Source of the DNA: Octopus vulgaris
Taxonomy: Eukaryota
Assembly (NCBI GenBank): GCA_951406725.2
Contig: OX597824.1
Coordinates: 57,660,001-57,724,000 of the forward strand
Reading direction: 5' to 3'
DNA length: 64,000 nucleotides
Positions 54,240 through 64,000 of this stretch are shown one piece after another. Positions within the stretch are counted from its first letter, which is position 1. Each line of letters opens with the position of its first letter. Made by a program: the position numbers and the translations under genes. The notes beneath the pieces were generated by a model, which was given only the letters and a program-made list of their open reading frames with translations, was not told where the DNA came from and made no database searches.

Positions 54240-55322
54240 TGCTAACACCAGTAATGAAAAGAGACGCAATCAATGTTGTTTTGTTTGCAGAACACAGCAA
54301 CTTGGAAATTGTTAACATTCTAAATAAAGGAAAGTATATTGTACTCGAAGATCTGTTGTAATTGGAAGCTTCTGTCGTGAAAAGATTCAACTGTACACAA
54401 GGCTGAAAAAAATTGTCTAGACATTTGGAGTTTATGAGGAGGAGACATATCTTCATCCAACCGTTCAAAATATGATCAATGAGGATACTGGAAAATAAAT
54501 GAGGGCCTTCGCCGAAGGACTTCATGGGTCGGAGTGGTCTATCAGAACCGTGGTACACGAAGAAAGTCGATACCATCATATCAAATGAGGAGAGGCCAAT
54601 TCATACTACAAACAAACAGGAAAATACTTTGTCTGTGTCAAATGGTTACTTAATAACGTTAAAAACTCTCATGAACATGATATGCTTTGGTTCTTCTCTG
54701 GCGAGAAGTCTAATAGGAAAAATGACAGATGGTTATGTGTTGAACCTTCTGCTGTCCCGGGTATGGTATACACAAAATTTCCACCATCTGTGATGGGTTT
54801 AAGAGTGATGACTAATGAAGGTCATGTTATGACACCCTGAATCTTTCCACGGGCTCATAAATTAATGCTGTTGGATACTTTGAGGTTATTAAGCCAGTTA
54901 TTAAGTCTTGGATAATACGTAGAAGGCTGAATGGGTTTCAACAAGACTCAGTACCTTCTCACAAAGGCCACGTAACCAAAGAATGGATGTAATACAAAAA
55001 AATCTCCAAACTCGTCAAACTTAAATCCGAAGTTCTACAAAGTTTGGAGTGTTGTTGAATCGACATCTTCACAATAGCATAGCTTCAGTGAAGGCTGCCA
55101 TTGTCCAGACGATGTCTGAAACGAATGGGTACCATATCAACGATTCTAGTCTGGCATTAATGCAGTCATCGAAGCTGTAGTCGGGTTGGTAAAAATATCA
55201 TGCAAGAATGCTTATCGAGAATATATTCACAATTTTTTTATTAAAATACATTTGGATTTCCTTAGTTTAGAGTTGTTTTACTAAATTACCAATTATGTTC
55301 CCAAATATACCTAGCTCCCTGT
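54240..55322 (+). mobile_element. Tc1/mariner (maT/DD37D-like) transposon, degenerate
   Basis: FFSGEK, EGHVMTP.IFP..LIINAVGYFEVI, FQQDSVPSHK...TKEW; homologous to 15440-16200. Confidence 0.75.
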
Positions 55323-55929
55323 TTATATATATGATACTCAGCGTTTGTGCCTATCTCATCTGCTACAACGAAAATCATGCTGAAAATCAAAGGTTTGTTT
55401 AGTATTACAGTGCACATCTCACGAGCCAATATTCTCGAAGAGGCTCTCTGTATATTTGCTATCCCTGACTACTTCATCCAAGGAAATAGTAAATGTTGCC
55501 TTAGTGGTTAAAGAATTTTGGATGCGTGACACGAGAAGGCAAAATGTAATGGTGGTTCTATGTTACCAATTTATAATCTTGGGGGAAACAATTGCTAATT
55601 TCGTAAATATTGGGAAACAATAATTGCAAAACTGTTACTGTTTCGGCAACGGTTGAGAAAGTTATACAAAAAACATCTATCTATCTATCTATCTATCTAT
55701 CTATATCTGTTTATCTATCTTTCGACATATATATACACACTTTGAAGCACGCACATACGTGTGTACGTACGCGCGTATATATGTATATATGCATGTATGT
55801 ATATATGTATGCATGTACGCCTGTATGTGTGTGTGTGTATATATATATATATACATATATATATATACATATATATTTATATATATATACATACATACAT
55901 ATATATATATATGAATTTTTTTTTTTTTG

Positions 55930-56250
55930 AGCACTCCGTCGGTTACGGCGACGAGAGTCCCAGCTGATACGATCAACGGAACAGCTTGCTCGTGAAATTA
56001 ATGTGCAAATGGCTGAGCATTCCACAGACACGTGTACCCTTAACGTAGTTCGCAAGGAGATTCAGCGTGACACAGAGTGTGACAAGGCTGGCCCTTTGAA
56101 ATACAGGTACAACTCACTTTTGCCAGCTGAGTGGACTGGAGCAACGTGAAATAAAGTGTCTTGCTCAAGGACACAACGCGTCGCCGGGAATCGAACTCAC
56201 AACCTTACGATCATGAGCCGAATGCCCTAACCACTAAGCCACGCGCCCTC
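55930..56250 (-). mobile_element. tRNA-derived SINE, family D (different head, family C 3' body)
   Basis: Minus head GGGCGCGTGGCTTAGTGGTTAGGGCATTCGGCTCATGATCG...GAGTTCGATTCC plus GTGTCCTTGAGCAAGACAC; 3' ~170 bp shared with family C. Confidence 0.85.
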
Positions 56251-56441
56251 ACGAATATGAATCTATATATGAATATATATATGTGTGTGCTTACAAATAG
56301 CATATACATTACGCTATTCAATTTAAACATTACTTTTTAAATTAAATTTTGTTTTAGGATTTATGCTATAATGATCTTCAATACACATTTCGATGATGCT
56401 TATAAAACTGTTAGTTTCTTTATACACAGCTTATCTATCTG

Positions 56442-56560
<119 letters not shown>

Positions 56561-56668
56561 TCGGGGTGAGTACTTGATAATTATAAGCACCTGTGTATAC
56601 CGTTTGGTGGCGTAGGTGGTGGAGTAAATTGATCAAAATAAAAATAAAAACATGAGGCGAAGGATTCA

Positions 56669-56746
56669 GCGGTACATATGTTTCGGGCCTTTATTAGACA
56701 GATTTATAACAAAGTATAATGTATGTCTGTGGCCTTCTTCAGCCGT
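56669..56746 (-). ncRNA. Hammerhead H1, inverted copy
   Basis: Reverse complement of 56891-56968 with one stem I change (ACGG). Confidence 0.8.
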
Positions 56747-56890
56747 GCACAACAGCTTCCACAAGGACATGTGTTACATCAAAAATTCTTGGTTGGGGAC
56801 GCAAATCCTCTGTCGTACGTGAACGAGAGGATTTGCATCCCCAACCAAGAATTTTTGATGTAACACATGTCCTTGTGGAAGCTGTTGTGC

Positions 56891-56968
56891 GCGGCTGAAG
56901 AAGGCCACAGACATACATTATACTTTGTTATAAATCTGTCTAATAAAGGCCCGAAACATATGTACCGC
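56891..56968 (+). ncRNA. Type I hammerhead ribozyme H1
   Basis: GCGG-CTGAAGA-AGGCC...GGCCC-GAAAC-ATAT-GTA-CCGC. Confidence 0.85.
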
Positions 56969-56991
56969 TGAATCCTTCGCCTCATGTTTTT

Positions 56992-57045
<54 letters not shown>

Positions 57046-57649
57046 TACATGGGTACAGGACATCAAAAAAACCGTCAACGAAATGAGAAACGAGACAGGC
57101 AACATAAAGAACAATACCTTCATCAGTTGTCCCCTGTTTTATCAACTCCACCTTTCGAAGGTGTGTGTGTTGTCCGCACAACATCACTTGACAACCGATG
57201 CTGATATGTTTACGTCCTCGTAACATAGCGAAGTAAAAGAAACCGATAGAATAAGTCCCGGCTTCGATTTGCTCGACTAAAGGCGGTGCTCCAGCATGGG
57301 CGCAGACTGAAACAGGTACAAGAATAAAAGAGTAAAATAATATATATATATTTGATTTTTTTGATTTTTTCAGTTTCAGCTCATGAGCTGTGGCCATGGC
57401 CGACTTACTACCAATTTAACAACCTAAAGGCAAATTTAGAGACGTCACTAAAATGTCAGAGGGTACTAAGTGGTACCGACATTGCAAGAAATAAGAGTCA
57501 ATAGCCACAAATGCACTATCCTAATAACTGACAAAACGAGATAATTTCGCTAGCGGTCGTATCCAGGGTATAAGAGTACGTGTGCGTGTATATGCGTTTA
57601 TGTATTCATATGTATGTATATACAAATATGTATATATATACTATTACAA

Positions 57650-59310
57650 TACTGAAGATGACTTACTAGTCAAAAGCAAAAGTGAACACATCCTCAACAA
57701 GGGAAGAAATAAAAATCTTGATGAATTCTGCAACCACATTGAGAACTTTCCCTACAACACCACGCATAAACTGACAGTTAACTGAAACTTTAGCACTACA
57801 CAATGGAAGGAACTAACAGAACTTTAAAATAATGAAGATATAATGATTAAGGAAGCAGATAAAGTAAGTGGACACATTATACTATAGAAATCTAGTAATC
57901 TCCATGCTTAATGACAGGCAACATTACGAAAGAATCACTAACTAGACACCGCAAAAAATATTGAAAACTCTGTCCTCACTAATTAAAACCCATGAAAAAG
58001 AACTGACAACCAAAGAAATTGACTTTCTAACAAACTTTAATTGCAAACCTAGCTTTTTCTATGGTCTACCAAAAATCTACAAAAGCTAGATTATAAAATA
58101 AACTATTAAAAAATCACCAAAGACGTACATACACCAAATCCAGGGGGGAAATGACGACCCATTATAGCTGGCCCAGCCTGAAACACACAGACTAAGTCTA
58201 CTTGTGGACATCCTCCTGAAACCCTTCTTTAAGCACATCAATAGCCATATCAGAGATGAGTTGGGTATGTTAAATCACCTCCCAAAAAAAGTCAAGGAAG
58301 AAACAATCATGGTTTCATTTGATGTAATTAATTTATATACCAGTATACCTCATAATTATGGACTCGAAGCAATTCAGTTCTGGCTGGACCAATTTCCGGA
58401 AGAAATACCAGAAAGGATCAGCAAAGTATTCATAATTGAATCGGTTGAATTCATTCTACGAAACAACCACTTCATGTTTGACAATACATTTTATCGACAA
58501 AAATCCGGAATTGCCATGGGCACTAGGGCAGCCCCAGTCGTTGCGAACCTAACAATGGGTTCTCTGGAAATAATAAAATACCAGGAATCTTTATATACCT
58601 TTGGAAACCCCTTTCCAATACATAAAAGAAAATTAGAAAAGATTCCTAGACGACTGTTTCATACTGTGGAAAGAAAACACAAACTCTTGAAATTCAAAAG
58701 ACTATTGAACAGCGTCAACCCAAACATACAGTTCACAATGGAGTACAAGCAAAAGGAGCTCCCATTCTTGGATATACTAATTAAAAAAATAAACCTAAAA
58801 ATAGAGACGGGCATATTTTACAAAACCACAGACGCCATACAATATCTAGTATTTAATTCATGCCACCCAAGACACACCAAAACAAACATCCCCTTCAACA
58901 TTGCAAGAAGGATATGCACAATAGTGTCAGAAAAAATACCAAAGACTGCAAAAATTCAAAAACAGCCTAACTGACAGACACTACCCAGTTCAACTCATAG
59001 AGGATAGAATCAGACGTGCAACACAAATCGACATAGAAACCTTAAGAAAAGGTCAACACAGCAACACACCTTCCCCGAAACATATCCACATACAACCCCA
59101 GAAACAAAGAAGCCTTCAACATCATCACCCAAAATTTACCAATGTTCCATAAGGACCCCAAATTAAAGAAAATTTTTAACACACATAATATCATTTAAAG
59201 CCACTAACAACCGAAATCACTAAAAAAAAATCACAAAGGTAAAATTATTTTCTAAAATAACGGACGACCAAATTGTGCAACATGCCCAAACCTTCTAGAA
59301 GGATCAGAAT
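57650..59310 (+). pseudogene. Penelope-like element reverse transcriptase, degenerate
   Basis: IKEADK, FYGLPKI, RPIIAGP, MVSFDVINLYTSIP, QKSGIAMGTRAAPVVANL, frameshifted RFLDD, LPFLDILI, YLVFNSCHPRHTKTNIPF; RPNCATC linker near 59270. Confidence 0.9.
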
Positions 59311-60179
59311 TCCTTAACTATTTCTAACATTCTATTCCTTCTAAACCAAATCATGTTAAATTAATCAAACCTGGTCATTCCTAACATTTTTGATTATCTG
59401 CCTTATACTGAAAAAAAAATCCTTGATTACCTTCCCCTGCATGGAACTCCATATTTCACAACATAGCGAAGACATGACACAATACAGGTGATAAAATTTG
59501 AGAAATTTGAAAAGAAAATACGAAAGCGGTTATTTCTCCAAAAGCAATGTTACTATACGCAAAATTTTATAACATATTTCTAACATAACGATTTAAATAT
59601 ATTATTTAACCATATAACACAAGCCTTCTCTAGTTTTTTCACTCTATTTTGTCTCTAATCAAATAACATTTTCTGAAGAATTTCGAATAGGAGTTGTCTT
59701 AGATGTTTCTCCCAGGTGTGCAGCGTGCGATTTTGTAATTCCTATTAGCAGATCAGACATGTGTGATGGTAAATAAATAAGACCATTTTTTTTCAATCTC
59801 CTGTTTTGATATACATACACAAATACACACACACACTCATAGGTTTTAGACAATCATATAAACATGTGAGAATATATGTGTAAGAGATGGAGAGGGAGAG
59901 AGAAAGAGAGAGAGAGAGAGCAAGAGAGTGAGAGAGATAGAATCAATATATACTCAATATACACCAACTAAATGCATTTCTCAATTAATATCTGAATGCA
60001 TGTTTAATTGACCATGAAACTCTAATATGTGCATACACATACACAGGTGTATGTGTATGCACTCATGCACGCAGTCAGGTCTGCACGCATAAACATACAC
60101 GCATACAAACACACCAACGCAGTGGTCTGGTAATTTTTTAACGCCACACATGATAATACAAATATACTATATCATAAAT

Positions 60180-60580
60180 GCAGGCTTGGCTATGTAGAAG
60201 GAAGTTTACTTCTCAAGAACATGGTTCCGAATTCAATCCCACTGTGTGGTACGTTGTACAAGCCAACAATTTGTTAGTGGATTTCGTAGACTGAAATTGA
60301 AAAAAGGTCGAGGTATCTACACACACATACATGCATGTGTTTGTGTGTACACACACACACACACACACATATATACATATATATGTGTGTTTGTATGTGT
60401 GTATATCTATGTTTGTGTTTGTCCTCACCAACGCTTGATATCCGATGTTGGTTTGTTTACGCCCCTGTTCCATAGCGGTTCGATAAGGGAGGGTGATAGA
60501 ATAATCACCAGGTTTATAAAAATTCATTAAAGGCGGTGCTGCATCATGCTCATGATCTAACGACTTAAGAAAGTAAACGA
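60180..60580 (+). mobile_element. SINE family A (diverged)
   Basis: CATGGTTCCGAATTCAATCCCACTG...AAAGGCGGTGCTGCATCATG. Confidence 0.75.
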
Positions 60581-61116
60581 TATATATATAGTGTAACAGT
60601 TATAAATGTTGTTCTTTTTTTCCGTTGGGCGTTTATAAACCCCAAAATTAGGCTATATTTCGTAGTCAATATACGGTGAAAACTTACATTTACAAAATTT
60701 TCACTTGTCACCGCCTCTTAACTTACGCAGATATCCACATGTTTCATATAAAAATATATTATACATGGTACGAATATAATCTTTTGATATTGAACTCAGT
60801 GCATTCGGTAGACTGGTTACGTGTGATTATTACATCACAATTTGTGGATTATCACGACGCATATGAACTCGAATCTCAGGGAATGGAGTCAAATTTAGAT
60901 GAATTAAACGCGCATAAACATTATATGTATATTCAGACGATGGCTTCGAAATCACTATCAATCACATTCTTAAAGAATAATATATTTGTGCCCTTACAAA
61001 AGAATACAGTAATCTATTAGATAATTTAAAATTGTTTGTATTAGAAATGAAATTAAAAACAAACATTAATACCATGTATATGCGTGTACATGTATGTGCG
61101 TATATATATATATATA

Positions 61117-61161
<45 letters not shown>

Positions 61162-61211
61162 TAGCTAGAGAGATAGACAGACAAATAAATAGATATAGAT
61201 TTATATAAATA

Positions 61212-61438
61212 CCCAGTGGTTAGGGCAGCGGACTTGCGGTCGGAGGATCGCGGTTTCGATTCCCAGACCGGGCGTTGTGTGTGTTTATTGAGCGAAAACA
61301 CCTAAAAGCTCCACGAGGCTCCGGCAGGGGATGGTGGTGATCCCTGCTGTACTCTTTCACCACTCTAAAGGCGGTGCTCCAGCATGGCCGCAGTCAAATG
61401 ACTGAAACAAGTACAAAAAAAAAAAAAAAAAAAAAAAA
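61212..61438 (+). mobile_element. Chimeric SINE: family C head plus family A tail plus poly(A)
   Basis: CCCAGTGGTTAGGGCAGCGGAC...CTTTCACCACTC joined to TAAAGGCGGTGCTCCAGCATGGCCGCAG...AAGTAC(A)n. Confidence 0.8.
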
Positions 61439-61439
61439 T

Positions 61440-63120
<1,681 letters not shown>

Positions 63121-63274
63121 ATTGGAAAAGCAAATGATTACGACCTCCCAGCCATATGTTTCGACAATTTTGTGGTGCTTATTTTAAATAGGAGCAGGCT
63201 CATTTTGTTATATATGTATATAGATTAACTGATAACAAAGTTTTGCTAAATATTCTTGTTCATCGTCCTTTTAC

Positions 63275-63337
<63 letters not shown>

Positions 63338-63750
63338 CACATATTCTGATAGACGCTCAGTGTAATACCATGAATTTGATGCAGATCTCAGAAAGTGCCT
63401 CTCCTTTGCCTGAACCCGCAAATATTACATCATTTTCCTCTTAAAATTTTCGCGTAAACTGGAGAGGCAAATGGAGATTGTACGGAAAAATTTGTAATTT
63501 ATAATTAAAGATGTGTTTAAGAATTTTCTTTGTTTTTTTTTCTTTTCATTGGTATATATATATATATATATATACTTACATGTACGTATGTATGTATGTA
63601 TGTATGTATGTATATATGTATGTATGTTTGGATGTATGTATGCATGTATGAATGTATCTATCTGTCTATCAATCGGACTAGCTCTCTATCTGTCCATCGA
63701 TCGATCTGTGCGTGTGTGTGTGCTTGTGTGCTTGTATGTGCGTGTGTGCT

Positions 63751-63797
<47 letters not shown>

Positions 63798-64000
63798 CGT
63801 TTACTACTTCAGTTGTTAGACTGCTGCCGTACTGGAGCATCACCTATCATTTTTTATCATTTTATCTTTTTAAGTTATTTTTGACCGCAACCCTGCTATA
63901 GCACTGCCTTACACGGTTTTAGTCGAATACATTGAAACCAGGACTTTTTATTTAGTCCATTGGTTCCTTCTGCCGAACCACTTTGTTACAGGGGTGTAAA

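Noticed and set aside
54000-56250. tRNA-like sequences with A and B boxes
   Set aside because: They are heads of multi-copy SINEs that continue into SINE bodies, not tRNA genes.
59665-59770. CTGAAGA plus AATAGGA/TCCTATT stem downstream of the PLE RT
   Set aside because: Position suits a pseudo-LTR ribozyme but the GAAA box is absent.
63145-63210. Minus-strand GTC-GAAACATATG hammerhead-like half
   Set aside because: No intact CUGANGA box and the cleavage triplet is mutated.

Overview
AT-rich, microsatellite-dense eukaryotic DNA. The repeat repertoire suggests a cephalopod such as Octopus, but this is an inference and was not verified. Most ORF-track entries are microsatellite artefacts. The window is mainly decayed mobile elements: a full-length pogo transposon with TIRs and TA TSD (3986-6691), Tc1/mariner fragments, a non-autonomous Helitron, Dong/R4- and Hero-type LINE fragments, an ORF1-only LINE derivative, several tRNA-derived SINE families and many Penelope-like element (PLE) pieces in (TA)n tracts. 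The main hidden signal is a set of hammerhead-ribozyme motifs in the PLE-type inverted-repeat modules. Two families are minimal; five carry a 50-60 nt stem II and a palindromic stem III, with compensatory changes between families. There is also a recurrent permuted GAAA...CTGANGA motif and a complex PLE insertion that copied neighbouring DNA. One plausible host coding exon lies at 3207-3357 (minus). All calls were made by eye and boundaries are approximate unless tied to a quoted motif.
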